Origin: Chthoniobacterales bacterium
GTDB lineage: Bacteria > Verrucomicrobiota > Verrucomicrobiia > Chthoniobacterales > DASVRZ01
DNA: 64,000 bases
NCBI GenBank assembly: GCA_039930045.1
Contig: JBDSQB010000012.1
Location: forward strand, 114,570-178,569
Reading direction: 5' to 3'
Each line of letters begins with the position of its first letter. The first letter of the stretch is position 1. This document shows, one piece after another, positions 29,890 through 40,877 of this stretch. Under the pieces are notes generated by a model that ran no database searches, had not been told where the DNA came from, and saw only the letters and a program-made list of their open reading frames with translations. The translations under genes were made by a program, and so were the position numbers.

Positions 29890-30874
29890 ACAGTCGCAGG
29901 CGCACGCTGCGGCGGTAGGATTCGAGGGCGTTTTTGCCTTTGGCTTTCAATTCCTGAAGCTGGTTGGCGAGCGCCAGAAGCGGCTCCAACTCGGCTTGCA
30001 CTTTGAGCGTCTCGATTTCCACGGCGCGCTTCGAGAGGACGATCTTCTGGTCCGCCGAAGCGTGCGCGAGACTGATGTCGGAGGAAACGTGGTTGTGCGC
30101 GGTGTTGATCGCGGCCAGAGCCGACTCGACCTCCGGCGGTGGGTCGATGCCGGTGATGAGCGACGCCTCCAGTTGAATGCCGTAACGCGCCGCCGACGTG
30201 CCGCATTCCTGCTCCATGCGGTCGTTGAGATCGCGCAGGTTCTTGCGCAAGTCATTAATGGAAACCCCGGCGATGCTGAGGGTGTTGGCGGGGTTGGCCT
30301 CCTCGACGATGACGATGGGCGGCGCCTCGAAATTTGCGATGCGCTCGCGGAGAACGCTGATGAAATAACCCATCACGTGGATGATCGGATTGCGCACGGC
30401 GAAGAGGTAGGCGTAGAGGTTGCGCTCGTCGGCTTTGTAGCGAATCTGGCCGGTGAGCCCGGTGTTCAGTTGATCCTTCGTCACCGCATCCAAGATGGTG
30501 CCGTTCTGGTTCGCCTCAGGCGTTTCCAAGTCGTAGGCCATGCTGATCGTCTGCGTGGCGATGGGCACTTTATAGACGCGCTCCCACGGCCATTTGAAAT
30601 ACGGACCGCCGGGCGGGATGACGCGGAGTTGCGGGTAATTGTAGCGCTCGCGTTCCTCGGCATTGAGCCCCGCCGCCATCGGATCGCTCCCGGTAAAACC
30701 ACCGAGCCGCTGGGCGCGACCGAAGCTGGTTTTCACCGCCCGCTCGCCTTGGTTGACGGTGTAAATGCCCGCCGCCAGATAGCGCACGAGAAACCAAAGA
30801 ACGAAACCAAAGAAGAGTCCGGCAGGTATCATGATGTGCGAGTAGTAGGACGATGCGGATGGCATTCCAAGCAC
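29846..30874 (-). CDS. SPFH / band 7 domain membrane protein
   Basis: 342 aa with an N-terminal TM helix and an SPFH core (IYTVNQGERAVKTSFGR...). The start may be the internal ATG at 30832. It overlaps the downstream paralogue by 44 nt. Confidence 0.8.
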   Translation of the reverse strand: MLGMPSASSYYSHIMIPAGLFFGFVLWFLVRYLAAGIYTVNQGERAVKTSFGRAQRLGGFTGSDPMAAGLNAEERERYNYPQLRVIPPGGPYFKWPWERVYKVPIATQTISMAYDLETPEANQNGTILDAVTKDQLNTGLTGQIRYKADERNLYAYLFAVRNPIIHVMGYFISVLRERIANFEAPPIVIVEEANPANTLSIAGVSINDLRKNLRDLNDRMEQECGTSAARYGIQLEASLITGIDPPPEVESALAAINTAHNHVSSDISLAHASADQKIVLSKRAVEIETLKVQAELEPLLALANQLQELKAKGKNALESYRRSVRLRLFDNAKRAILEVERE

Positions 30875-30930
30875 CTTTTTTCACCGGAAAGATCATTGAC
30901 CCTTCGCACTGTCACTGGTTGGTTGCGGGG

Positions 30931-31320
30931 ATGTTGCGCTCGATCGGAAATGCCCTCGCCTTGCTGGCGCTCATTTTCATTTGCGGGCTGCACCTGGCCG
31001 TTTTGCAGGGTGTGGCCTCGATGCGGATGGTGGTGAATTATTCCAAGTCCGCCACTTTTTCCGAGGGCCTTATTAAAGCGCTGGACGGCGAACATCCCTG
31101 CGCGATGTGTCTGAAGATTCGCAAAACCCAGGGCGACGAGAACAAGAAGTCTGAGGCCATCGGCTACTCGCAAAAGAAATCCGAGGCCGCCATTCTCCTC
31201 ACTTCGGCCCAGGTTCCAGTTCCATTGGTATCGCAGTCGGACTACGCCGGTTTCGTAGAGAAAATGGGCAGCCGCACGCTCAAACCGGCATTACGCCCAC
31301 CGCGAAACGCGGACGTCTAA
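30931..31320 (+). CDS. Small membrane protein with a conserved-looking HPCAMC motif (function unknown)
   Basis: The ATG at 30931 gives MLRSIGNALALLALIFICGLHLAVLQGVASMRMVVNYSKSATFSEGLIKALDGEHPCAMCLKIRK... It has one TM helix and then a CxxC motif. The track ORF starts at 30853 and would overlap the divergent SPFH gene. Confidence 0.5.
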   Translation: MLRSIGNALALLALIFICGLHLAVLQGVASMRMVVNYSKSATFSEGLIKALDGEHPCAMCLKIRKTQGDENKKSEAIGYSQKKSEAAILLTSAQVPVPLVSQSDYAGFVEKMGSRTLKPALRPPRNADV

Positions 31321-31431
31321 CCATTCCGTTCTGCTTTCCCAGCATCGCTGCCGTGCAGTGATGTTAGTGCCCGCTCATTCTGCGGGTGCGCCGTGCTTTG
31401 GCACATCCACATCTAACTCCTTTTTTTAATT

Positions 31432-32429
31432 ATGAAACTTTCTCTATTCCTCACATTCATTCTTCTCAATGCCTCCACCCAAGCCTGCGACCTTTGCGGG
31501 TGCTACATCTCCACTCTGCGAGCGGCCAGATCCACCGACCACGGCTTTCAGGCCAGCGTCGCGGAGCAATTCACCCATTTCGGCTCCATTCGGATCGACG
31601 GCCATGAAGTCGCGGACCCGAGCGGTCAATATCTGGATAGCTCCATCACGCAGCTCGTCGTTGGCCAAAGCTTTTTGCGGAACCGGCTCCTGCTCCAGAC
31701 GAATCTCCCCACCATTTACCGCGACTATAAACGCCCCGACGGCGACGGCGTCGAGCGCGGTCACGAATCTGGTTTTGGCGACGCCTCGCTCCTCGCCAGC
31801 TACGAGGTTTTTCGCCATGCCTCTCAGAACGACAATCCGGAAGAACCGACCCATCAATTCCTCTTCACCACGCGCTTAAATGGCGGCATCAAATTTCCCA
31901 CGGGCGACGCCCATCGCCTGAGCGAAGAATTTGCCGAGGGTCATGAGGCTGAGCACGCCGATGACGCCGAGCATTCGCACGAGGCGGCCAGCGGCATCCA
32001 CGGCCACGATCTCGCGCTCGGCACCGGCTCTTACGACGCGCTTTTTGGAGGGGAAATTTACGCACGCATGGACCGGTTTTTCTTCGAAGCCGATGCGCAA
32101 TTTACCCTGCGCGGCGATGGCCGGTATTCCTATCATTACGCCAACGATCTCACCTGGAGCTGCGGGTGGGGAGGTTATTTGCTAGAGCGTCGGGACGCCT
32201 CGATCACTCTACAGGCCGTCGTTTCTGGAGAGTATAAAGACACCGATCGTTTCCAAGGCCGCGTGGCCGAGGACACCGGCATCACGGCGGTGTATCTGGG
32301 GCCTAAAATTGTGGCTAGCTACAAACGCGTCACAGCCGAGTTAGGTTTCGATCTGCCGGTGCTGCTCGACAACACCGCCTTGCAAATCGTCCCCGCCTAC
32401 CGCCTGCGCGCGGCGGTTAGTTTCCATTT

Positions 32430-32433
<4 letters not shown>
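31432..32433 (+). CDS. Outer-membrane beta-barrel protein (MetA/phenol-degradation-like transporter family) with an N-terminal CDLCGC motif and a His/Glu-rich loop
   Basis: 333 aa with a signal peptide and a mature N-terminus CDLCGCY. It has the GFGDASLL motif, the His-rich loop EGHEAEHADDAEHSHEAASGIHGHD, alternating beta-strand patterns and a C-terminal Phe. Confidence 0.65.
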
Positions 32434-33422
<989 letters not shown>

Positions 33423-33428
33423 AACGAT

Positions 33429-34412
33429 CTAACTCAACTGGATTTCGCCCTGCTGCACGCGCAGGCAGGCGCTGCCCTGGCCGGGCCGGGTTTCGAGCAA
33501 TTGCACAGGCGTCTCCCGGCATTTCTCCAGGACAAATTCGCAGCGCGGCGCAAACGGACAACCGGGCAGCGGCTGGGTGAGACTCGGCGGCGCGCCGGGG
33601 ATGGTGAATAGCTCTTTTCCCTTCGGCTGAAGCGCGGGGATGGATTTTTGCAGGGCGCGATTATACGGGTGCTGCGGCTGGTAAAAAATGTCGCGCACGG
33701 AGCCGGTTTCGACGATCCGCCCGGCATACATCACGAGCACGCGGTCGCAGAAATTGGAGACGATGCCGAGGTCGTGCGTGACGAAGATCACGGCCATGCC
33801 CTTGCGCTTTTGCAGGGCGCGAATGAGTTCGAGAATTTGCGCCTGCACGGTGACGTCGAGCGCGGTGGTCGGTTCGTCGGCAATGAGCAATTCGGGCTGG
33901 GTGATCAGCGCCATGGCGATCATCACGCGCTGCCGCATCCCGCCGGAAAATTGGTGCGGATAGAAGCGAATGCGTTTCGCCGCGTCCTGGATGCCGACTT
34001 CCTCCAGCGCGGCGATGCCCCGGCCGACGGCGGTTTTGCGGTCGATTTTTTCGTGGATGAGGAGTGGCTCGATGAGTTGATCCTCGACCCGCAAATAGGG
34101 GTTGAGCGAGGTCATCGGGTCCTGGAAAATCATCGAGATGCGCTTGCCGCGAATCGACTGCAACTCCGCCCTCGACGCGTGCAGCAGGTCAGTGTCGTAA
34201 AAAAGCGCGCTGCCGTTTTCGATGCGGCCGGGCGGTTGCGGAATCAGGCCCATCAGCGAGTAGCAGGTGACGGATTTGCCGGAGCCGGATTCACCGACGA
34301 TGCCGAGAGTTTCGCCGGGTTCGAGCGAAAATGAAACGTCGCTCACCGCCCGCACGATGCCCGCGCGCGTGTGAAAATGAGTCGTGAGATGGCGAACGTC
34401 GAGCAGTGGCAT
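33429..34412 (-). CDS. Peptide ABC transporter ATP-binding protein (OppD/DppD type)
   Basis: The ATG at 34412 gives [18 protein letters not shown]. Walker A (GESGSGKSV), the signature [15 protein letters not shown] and Walker B ([11 protein letters not shown]) are present. Confidence 0.9.
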   Translation of the reverse strand: MPLLDVRHLTTHFHTRAGIVRAVSDVSFSLEPGETLGIVGESGSGKSVTCYSLMGLIPQPPGRIENGSALFYDTDLLHASRAELQSIRGKRISMIFQDPMTSLNPYLRVEDQLIEPLLIHEKIDRKTAVGRGIAALEEVGIQDAAKRIRFYPHQFSGGMRQRVMIAMALITQPELLIADEPTTALDVTVQAQILELIRALQKRKGMAVIFVTHDLGIVSNFCDRVLVMYAGRIVETGSVRDIFYQPQHPYNRALQKSIPALQPKGKELFTIPGAPPSLTQPLPGCPFAPRCEFVLEKCRETPVQLLETRPGQGSACLRVQQGEIQLS

Positions 34413-34414
34413 TG

Positions 34415-35290
34415 TTAGTCTTTGGAGGCTCGCGGGTCGAGGGCGTCGCGCAGGCCGTCGCCGAAGAAGTTCAGGCTGAAAAGCGTGAGCGAAAAGAAAA
34501 TGGCCGGGAAAGCTAGTTGCCACGGGTATTCCTCAATGGCTGACGCTCCCTCTTGAATGAGTACGCCCCAAGAGCTACGCGGCGGCTGAATGCCGAGCCC
34601 GAGAAAGCTCAGGACGCCCTCCAAAAGCATGACGCTCGGGATGGTGAGCGTGGCGTAAACGATGACTGTGCCCATGACGTTGGGGATCAGGTGGCGGAAT
34701 ATGATGCGGTGCTTGGGGATTCCCAATGCGATGGCGGCCTCGATGAATTCCTGCTGGCGCAAACCGAGCACTTGGCCACGAATGATGCGGGCCATGGTGA
34801 GCCATTCGACCGCGCCGATGGCGACGAAAAGGAGGACGAAGTTTTTCCCAAAGAAGACCATCAGGAGCACGACAAAAATGGCGAATGGCATGGCATACAT
34901 GATCTCGACGAAGCGCATCATGACGGCGTCGAGTTTGCCGCCGAAATAGCCGGAGATGGTGCCATAGAGCACGCCGATGGTCAGCGAAACGGCGGTCGCA
35001 CAGAGGCCGACTAACATCGATACCTGGCCGCCTTTCAGCACACGAACGAAGAGGTCTCGGCCCAAATTATCAGTTCCCATCCAATGCGCGGCGCTGGGAG
35101 CTTGCGCGGCGATCTGGAGATTTTGATCGGACTCGCGATAGGGAATAATCAGCGGCCCGAGCACGCAAACGAGCGCGATGAGCAGGACGGTGATGCCGCC
35201 GAAGACAGCGAGTTTGTTTTTGAACAAACGATGCCGCGCGTCGCTCCAGAGCGAAGTGCCGGGTTCTGCGATTTCGGGTTCGATCACCAT
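34415..35290 (-). CDS. Peptide ABC transporter permease (OppC/DppC type)
   Basis: The ATG at 35290 opens a protein with a binding-protein-dependent transport inner-membrane component pattern and about six TM helices. Confidence 0.9.
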   Translation of the reverse strand: MVIEPEIAEPGTSLWSDARHRLFKNKLAVFGGITVLLIALVCVLGPLIIPYRESDQNLQIAAQAPSAAHWMGTDNLGRDLFVRVLKGGQVSMLVGLCATAVSLTIGVLYGTISGYFGGKLDAVMMRFVEIMYAMPFAIFVVLLMVFFGKNFVLLFVAIGAVEWLTMARIIRGQVLGLRQQEFIEAAIALGIPKHRIIFRHLIPNVMGTVIVYATLTIPSVMLLEGVLSFLGLGIQPPRSSWGVLIQEGASAIEEYPWQLAFPAIFFSLTLFSLNFFGDGLRDALDPRASKD

Positions 35291-35291
35291 G

Positions 35292-36209
35292 TTAGTCGAA
35301 GCGCAGCCGGGGGTTGAGGAGGACTTGGAGAACGTCCACGACCAAGTTGAGTAAGATAATAATCGAGGCGTAGAAAAGCACGGTGCCGAGGACCATGGTG
35401 TAGTCGCGGTTGAAGGCGGAGAGAATGAAATAGCGGCCGAGTCCGGGGACATTGAAGATGGTTTCGACAACGAAAGAACCGGTGATTTCCGCCGCAATGG
35501 CTGGCCCAAGATACGAGATGACCGGCAGCAATCCGCCGCGCAGGGCGTGATGAAACAGCACCCGCAACTCCGACGCTCCCTTGGCTCGGGCGGTGCGGAT
35601 GAAATCCTGATTCATGACATCGAGCATGCCGCCGCGAGTGAGGCGCGCGATGTAGGCGGCGGTGAAAAAACCAAGCGTGATCGCCGGCAAAACGCGGTCG
35701 CGCCACGAGAACCAGCCCGAGGCGTCGAACCACTCCAGGCGAATGCCGAAGGTCAGCGCGAGGACGGGTCCGAGGACAAAGGTCGGAATGCAAATGCCCA
35801 GCATCGCGATGCTCATTGGCAGATAATCGAGCCACGAGTTAGGTTTCAATGCAGCCAAAATTCCAGCGGGCAAACCGATGGCGAGCGCGATCAGCATGGC
35901 CCAGAAACCGAGTTCCGCCGACACAGGAAACGAATCGCCGATCAGTTCGGACACCGTGCGGTTGGCGTATTTGTAAGACGGCCCGAGATCACCATGGACA
36001 GCCTTCCAGAGGTAGTTGCCATATTGTTTCCAGAGCGGTTGATCGAGACCGTATTGCGCGTTCAGATTCCGCAAAACTTCGGGAGTCACCTTGCGCTCCT
36101 TGCTGAACGGGCCGCCTGGCGCGGCGTGCACCATGAAGAAAGTCATGGTCGCGATGATCAGCAAAACCGGGATCGCCTGCAGCGCGCGAATGGTTAGAAA
36201 ACGAAACAT
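35292..36209 (-). CDS. Peptide ABC transporter permease (OppB/DppB type)
   Basis: The ATG at 36209 gives MFRFLTIRALQAIPVLLIIATMTFFMVHAAPGGPF, a classic OppB/DppB N-terminus. Confidence 0.9.
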   Translation of the reverse strand: MFRFLTIRALQAIPVLLIIATMTFFMVHAAPGGPFSKERKVTPEVLRNLNAQYGLDQPLWKQYGNYLWKAVHGDLGPSYKYANRTVSELIGDSFPVSAELGFWAMLIALAIGLPAGILAALKPNSWLDYLPMSIAMLGICIPTFVLGPVLALTFGIRLEWFDASGWFSWRDRVLPAITLGFFTAAYIARLTRGGMLDVMNQDFIRTARAKGASELRVLFHHALRGGLLPVISYLGPAIAAEITGSFVVETIFNVPGLGRYFILSAFNRDYTMVLGTVLFYASIIILLNLVVDVLQVLLNPRLRFD

Positions 36210-36210
36210 G

Positions 36211-37860
36211 TTAGTGGCTGGCCTCCGGTTTTCCAAACCAGACATATTTGTAAGGATGATGGTCCAGAATATTCGGATACCAACCCTGGACTTCCGGCCT
36301 AATCAAGTAAACACGCGTGTACCAATAGACCGGCAAAATCGGCGCCTCGGCCATCAGCAGCGCCTCCATTTTTTGGAAGATGGAGATGCGATCCGCCGGA
36401 ATCGAGGTGTTCTGCAATTTCGCATAGAGTGCGTTGTATTCCGGGTTGTCCCAGCCGGTATGATTGTTGCCGCCGCCCTTCACCCACATGTCTAAGAAAT
36501 TCTGCGGATCAGCGTAATCTCCGATCCAGGCGGCGCGGCAAATCTGGTAATTTTCCGTGTCCTGCGCGTCAAGATACACCTTCCACTCGAGGTTGGTGAG
36601 TCCAATGTCGATGTGCAGATTGTTCCTCCACATTTCCTGAATCGCCTCGGCAATCGTGCGATGACTTTCGAGGGTATTAAACATCAAGTCGAGTTTGGGA
36701 AAACCCTTTCCATCGGGATAACCGGCCTCGGCGAGAAGCTGCCGAGCCTTCGCAAAGTCCGTGGGAATTTTCGCCTCCGCCGTGTAGTTTGCCGTGCCCG
36801 GAGGTGTGTAACTATCCGCTGGCAACTGGCCGCCGCGCGTGATTTTTTCGACGATCATTTTCCGGTCAATTGACATGGCGAGTGCGAGTCGAACCTTCGG
36901 ATTATCCAGCGGCGGCTTGCGTGTGTTCACCCGGAAAAAATACGTGCCGAGATACGGCTCCTGCCGCAGCAAGTCGGGCCGGTTTTCGCGATACCAAGGG
37001 ATTTTGGAGAGCGGCAGTTCGTTCGTTTTGTGAAGTTGCCCGGCACGAAACGCGCGTTCCTCGGTGTTGGAACTTTCGATGGGATAGAAGACGATCTCGT
37101 TGAGTTTCACCGTTTTCGCGTCCCAGTAATTCCGGCTTTTTACGCAGCGGATGATCGACTGCTGCTTCCATTCCTGGAGGGTGAAGGCGCCGTTCGTCAC
37201 GCAGTTTCCAGCCTTCGTCCAAAAGGCCGCCTTGCGAGCCAGTCCGCCGAATTTTTTCACCGTCGGAATGTGCACCGGATACCACGAGGCGTGATTCATC
37301 ACGGAGAGGAAAAATGGCGTGGCGGTGGTGAGGGTGATTTCAAACGTCAGCGGATCGACGACCCGATAGCCGACCTGGCTGAAGTCCTTGATTTTTCCCG
37401 TCGCGTAAGCCTCCGCGTTCTTCGTGAAAAAATGCATGTAGATATAATCGGAACCCAGCTCGGGAGTTAGAATCCGATGGTAGGAATCGTAGAAATCCTG
37501 CGCCGTGACCGGGTCGCCGTTGGACCATTTGGCGTCCTTCCGCAGATGAAAGGTATAGACCAGACCATCGGGCGAAATGTCCCAGCTTTCCGCGACTCCA
37601 GGAACCGGATGCAAGTCGTGCGGGTCCTCAGAAACGAGCCCTTCGTAGATGGCTAAAAAAATACTATGCTCGCTGACTCCAGTCGCGGTTTGCGGATCAA
37701 GATCCTCGGGTTCGACTCCATTGTTAATGAGCAAAATCCCCTGCTCCTGCGCAAGGACGGTTTTCTTTTCCTTATGACAACCCAGGCCACCTAACATCAG
37801 CGAAAACGCCAGGACCACCGAAGCGATTCTGCGGGATGAAGAGCAGTCCGACATCCGCAT
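36211..37860 (-). CDS. Peptide ABC transporter substrate-binding lipoprotein (family 5, OppA/DppA type)
   Basis: 549 aa with the lipobox LGGLGC and SBP family 5 blocks. The start overlaps the upstream M3 peptidase stop (TAATG). Confidence 0.87.
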   Translation of the reverse strand: MRMSDCSSSRRIASVVLAFSLMLGGLGCHKEKKTVLAQEQGILLINNGVEPEDLDPQTATGVSEHSIFLAIYEGLVSEDPHDLHPVPGVAESWDISPDGLVYTFHLRKDAKWSNGDPVTAQDFYDSYHRILTPELGSDYIYMHFFTKNAEAYATGKIKDFSQVGYRVVDPLTFEITLTTATPFFLSVMNHASWYPVHIPTVKKFGGLARKAAFWTKAGNCVTNGAFTLQEWKQQSIIRCVKSRNYWDAKTVKLNEIVFYPIESSNTEERAFRAGQLHKTNELPLSKIPWYRENRPDLLRQEPYLGTYFFRVNTRKPPLDNPKVRLALAMSIDRKMIVEKITRGGQLPADSYTPPGTANYTAEAKIPTDFAKARQLLAEAGYPDGKGFPKLDLMFNTLESHRTIAEAIQEMWRNNLHIDIGLTNLEWKVYLDAQDTENYQICRAAWIGDYADPQNFLDMWVKGGGNNHTGWDNPEYNALYAKLQNTSIPADRISIFQKMEALLMAEAPILPVYWYTRVYLIRPEVQGWYPNILDHHPYKYVWFGKPEASH

Positions 37861-39974
37861 TATTTCTTGATTCCGATGGTCTCCAGAAAGGGCTGGATGG
37901 ACCGTGGACGTCCGAGAAATTTCTCGATGGAAATGTTCACATCGCGCGCGTCGCCCTGCGCGTAGATTTCATTGCGCATCCGCATTCCAGCGTCCTTGTC
38001 GAGGAAACCGCCGGGAGATTTTTCAAACACGGTCGCCATGTCGGCCGCAATCGCATCGGCCCATGCGTAGCCGTAGTAGCCTCCATCGTAGCCGTTTAGA
38101 TGGCCGAAACTCGCGACCATCGCGGTGCTGGGATCTACCCGCAGAAAGGTGTCGTCCAGTATCTTGTTAGAAATGGCGACGACATCGAGTTTTTCACCCG
38201 GCGCATGAGGTCCGTGCAGGACGAGATCGGTGATGCCGAAGGAGAGTTGCCGGCGATAGGTCGTGCCCGCTAGCGCGTATTTTGCGAGCTTCATTTTCTT
38301 GAGAATGTCCGCTGGCATCTTTTTCTTCGTCTTGTAATCGGCCGCAAACTGATCGAGCACGGCCTTGTCCCAGACCCAGTTTTCCAGCATCTGCGACGGT
38401 GCCTCGACGAAATCCTGCGGAACGCTAGTACCGCTGAAGCGAACGTATTTGGCCTGGGTTAGAATCGTATGCATCGCGTGGCCAAACTCATGGAAAAGCG
38501 TCTCGACCTCGTCATGCGACAGGAGCGAGGGCGCGTCTTTTCTCGGCGGCGGAAAGTTGCAGCAAAGCGCCGCAGTCGGACGCTGATACGTGCCGTCGGG
38601 CAGCAGTTTTCCCTCAATCAAGCCGAACTGCGCGAAGTGGTTGTATTTCCCCTCGCGCGGAAACATGTCGAGATAGAACAAGCCGAGCGGCGCGGTCGTT
38701 TTCGCGTCGCTCACATAGTAAAGCTGCACGCCGTTGGTCCACGAATAATCGAGCGCGACAGCTTCGATCTTGATCCCGAAGATGCGCTGATAGGTGGCAA
38801 ACATTCCATCGAGAACCTTCTGATACGGGAAAAAACTGCGCAGGACTTCTGTGTCCACTTGGAATTTTTGCTTCTTCAACTGCTCCGCGCAAAAACGCCA
38901 GTCCCAGATGTTCACATCGGGAGTTTCACTGTTCTTGTCGGCGGCCTTGATCGCCTTAAACTCCGCCAGTTCCTCATCGTACTTGGGTTGGAGGCCAACC
39001 TTCAAATCCTCCAAAAACTTCAACGCCGTGGCGCCGTTTTTCGCCATGCGCTGCTCGGTCTGATAGTCGTCCCAGGATTTGTAGCCGAGTTCCAATGCAA
39101 TCTCGGAACGGAGTTCGACCATCCGCTGGATCAACGCGATGTTTTTGTCGCGCGCGCGATTGTCGCGAGCGATGTAAACCTTCTTGCGCGACGATTCTTT
39201 CACGCAATTTTCCAGAACTCCCAAGGCTTGAAATGTGACATTCGTGTCGATGGTGTATTCGTCGTCACCCGTTTTCACCCCCGACGTTTCCAACACGCTG
39301 TCGGGCACGCCTTCGAGTTCGGCCTTGGTAAATTTCACCGGCACCGCGGCGTTGGCGATATTGGTATCGAAGTCCGTTCCGACCGAGGAAAGCTCCTTAC
39401 GCAGCGCCTCGACACGCTGGCGTTTTTCCGGAGGCAGGGCGAGTCCGGCTCGTTTGTAGCCGAGGAGCGTGTCCTTGATTAGGTGCTGATCCTCGTCATC
39501 TCCCTTCGGTTTCGTGTCAGCAAATGCCTGGAGAATTTTGTAAACGTCCTCGCGATAATCCGTGCTCACGTCCCAATCTTCGAATTTCTTGATCGCCGCC
39601 GTCGCCGCCTCGCGCATCTTCGCATCGGGGCTGGTTTCCTTGATCCAGACGATGCGATTGGAAACAGAGTGCGCTTCAAATCCGATCATGTCCATCTCCT
39701 GAAACGTGTTCGCGAAGGTCGCTTCCTCGGGCTTGAGCGCGGCCACGGCGTCGAGCCTTTTGTTGGCCAGGGCGATGACTTTATCGACGGCGAGATTCAC
39801 CTGCTGCGACGTTTTTTCCCATTTCGGCAGCGCCAGAACGGTCTTGAACTGGGCCGCGCTGAGTTGCAGATCTTCGAGCTTTCTCATGGGCGGTGTGGGC
39901 GAGGGCGAGGCCGCGTTTCCTAACATCGTGAGCAGCCCGATGGAAGCCGCAGTCAGCAAAATGGATTTCCTCAT
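37860..39974 (-). CDS. M3 family metallopeptidase (oligopeptidase / peptidyl-dipeptidase type), secreted
   Basis: 704 aa with a signal peptide and the HEFGHAMH zinc motif. Confidence 0.9.
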   Translation of the reverse strand: MRKSILLTAASIGLLTMLGNAASPSPTPPMRKLEDLQLSAAQFKTVLALPKWEKTSQQVNLAVDKVIALANKRLDAVAALKPEEATFANTFQEMDMIGFEAHSVSNRIVWIKETSPDAKMREAATAAIKKFEDWDVSTDYREDVYKILQAFADTKPKGDDEDQHLIKDTLLGYKRAGLALPPEKRQRVEALRKELSSVGTDFDTNIANAAVPVKFTKAELEGVPDSVLETSGVKTGDDEYTIDTNVTFQALGVLENCVKESSRKKVYIARDNRARDKNIALIQRMVELRSEIALELGYKSWDDYQTEQRMAKNGATALKFLEDLKVGLQPKYDEELAEFKAIKAADKNSETPDVNIWDWRFCAEQLKKQKFQVDTEVLRSFFPYQKVLDGMFATYQRIFGIKIEAVALDYSWTNGVQLYYVSDAKTTAPLGLFYLDMFPREGKYNHFAQFGLIEGKLLPDGTYQRPTAALCCNFPPPRKDAPSLLSHDEVETLFHEFGHAMHTILTQAKYVRFSGTSVPQDFVEAPSQMLENWVWDKAVLDQFAADYKTKKKMPADILKKMKLAKYALAGTTYRRQLSFGITDLVLHGPHAPGEKLDVVAISNKILDDTFLRVDPSTAMVASFGHLNGYDGGYYGYAWADAIAADMATVFEKSPGGFLDKDAGMRMRNEIYAQGDARDVNISIEKFLGRPRSIQPFLETIGIKK

Positions 39975-40036
39975 AAAATAAGCCGCGGCAGTCTGGGTTC
40001 GACCGTGAAGTGTCCCTTGTTTCCCTCAGCCCAAAG

Positions 40037-40798
40037 CTAAGCCGGACGGGCCGCTTTTTTGCCAAACGCCCGGATCTTGTCGCGCAATTCGGCGGCGCGC
40101 TCGTAGGCTTCCAACGCGATGGCTTTTTCCATTTCGCGCTGCATGGTTTCCAGTCGCGTAACGGGTTTTTTCTTGCCTATTTCCTCGGCCCATTCGTCGA
40201 GAAATCCGATCTCTGGACTCTTCGTCGCGAGTTCCGCAGGATCGACGTCCTCCAGCACCTCGGCGATGGCAGCGCGGCCCTTGGCGATCTCTTTGAGTGC
40301 GCCCGTGAAGTCTTTTTTCTCCAGACGAATAGCCGCCTTGGCGCGCGTGTTCATCATCAGGACATACGGGCGAAATTGCTCGAATGACCAGCGGATGTCC
40401 TCGTTGTCGGTGCAGCGCGAGACGAAGGTAAAGAGCTCAAGATTCCGCTGCGTATCGCGGATGACGTTGGCGAAATCGTTGATCTGAAAAAAGCTGATGT
40501 AGCGATGATAGTATTGGATGCCCTCCTGCTGTAGCTCGCCGCATTCCTCGGGCGTGAGGCTGTAAGTCTTGCCCTTGGCCTCAATGCGTTTTGCCTTCTT
40601 TAGATGCCATGCCAGGAGCGACTCGGAATTGTGCGGACGGCGTCCGTCGGGGCGTCCGTTGACTTCCATTTGAATCAGACCCAGATCGATGCGGAGCTGG
40701 AGCTTTTCCTTTTGGTCGTTGCCGACGATTTTGCGAACCTTGATGTGACCCGGCTCGTGTGGCCAATCCTCCAATAAGTTGTCGAGATCGTTATTCAC
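40037..40798 (-). CDS. UVR-domain (UvrB/UvrC motif) containing protein, function unknown
   Basis: 253 aa with a C-terminal UVR-like helix pair (LETMQREMEKAIALEAYERAAELRDKIRA). Confidence 0.6.
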   Translation of the reverse strand: MNNDLDNLLEDWPHEPGHIKVRKIVGNDQKEKLQLRIDLGLIQMEVNGRPDGRRPHNSESLLAWHLKKAKRIEAKGKTYSLTPEECGELQQEGIQYYHRYISFFQINDFANVIRDTQRNLELFTFVSRCTDNEDIRWSFEQFRPYVLMMNTRAKAAIRLEKKDFTGALKEIAKGRAAIAEVLEDVDPAELATKSPEIGFLDEWAEEIGKKKPVTRLETMQREMEKAIALEAYERAAELRDKIRAFGKKAARPA

Positions 40799-40877
40799 CG
40801 ATCAACTATCGAAAGCAGCGGCGGGTTTGTCAACGAGCAGGAATCAACGCCGCCCGTTTCAGAGGCGAGTTCCATCG

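Noticed and set aside
39975-40036. A GGTTCGA-containing stretch that superficially recalls a tRNA T-arm. More generally, I looked through the intergenic gaps by eye for tRNA, rRNA, tmRNA or riboswitch motifs.
   Set aside because: There is no acceptor, D or anticodon stem arrangement around it. No gap other than 9943-10198 showed a recognisable RNA motif. tRNAscan-SE or Infernal would be needed for certainty.
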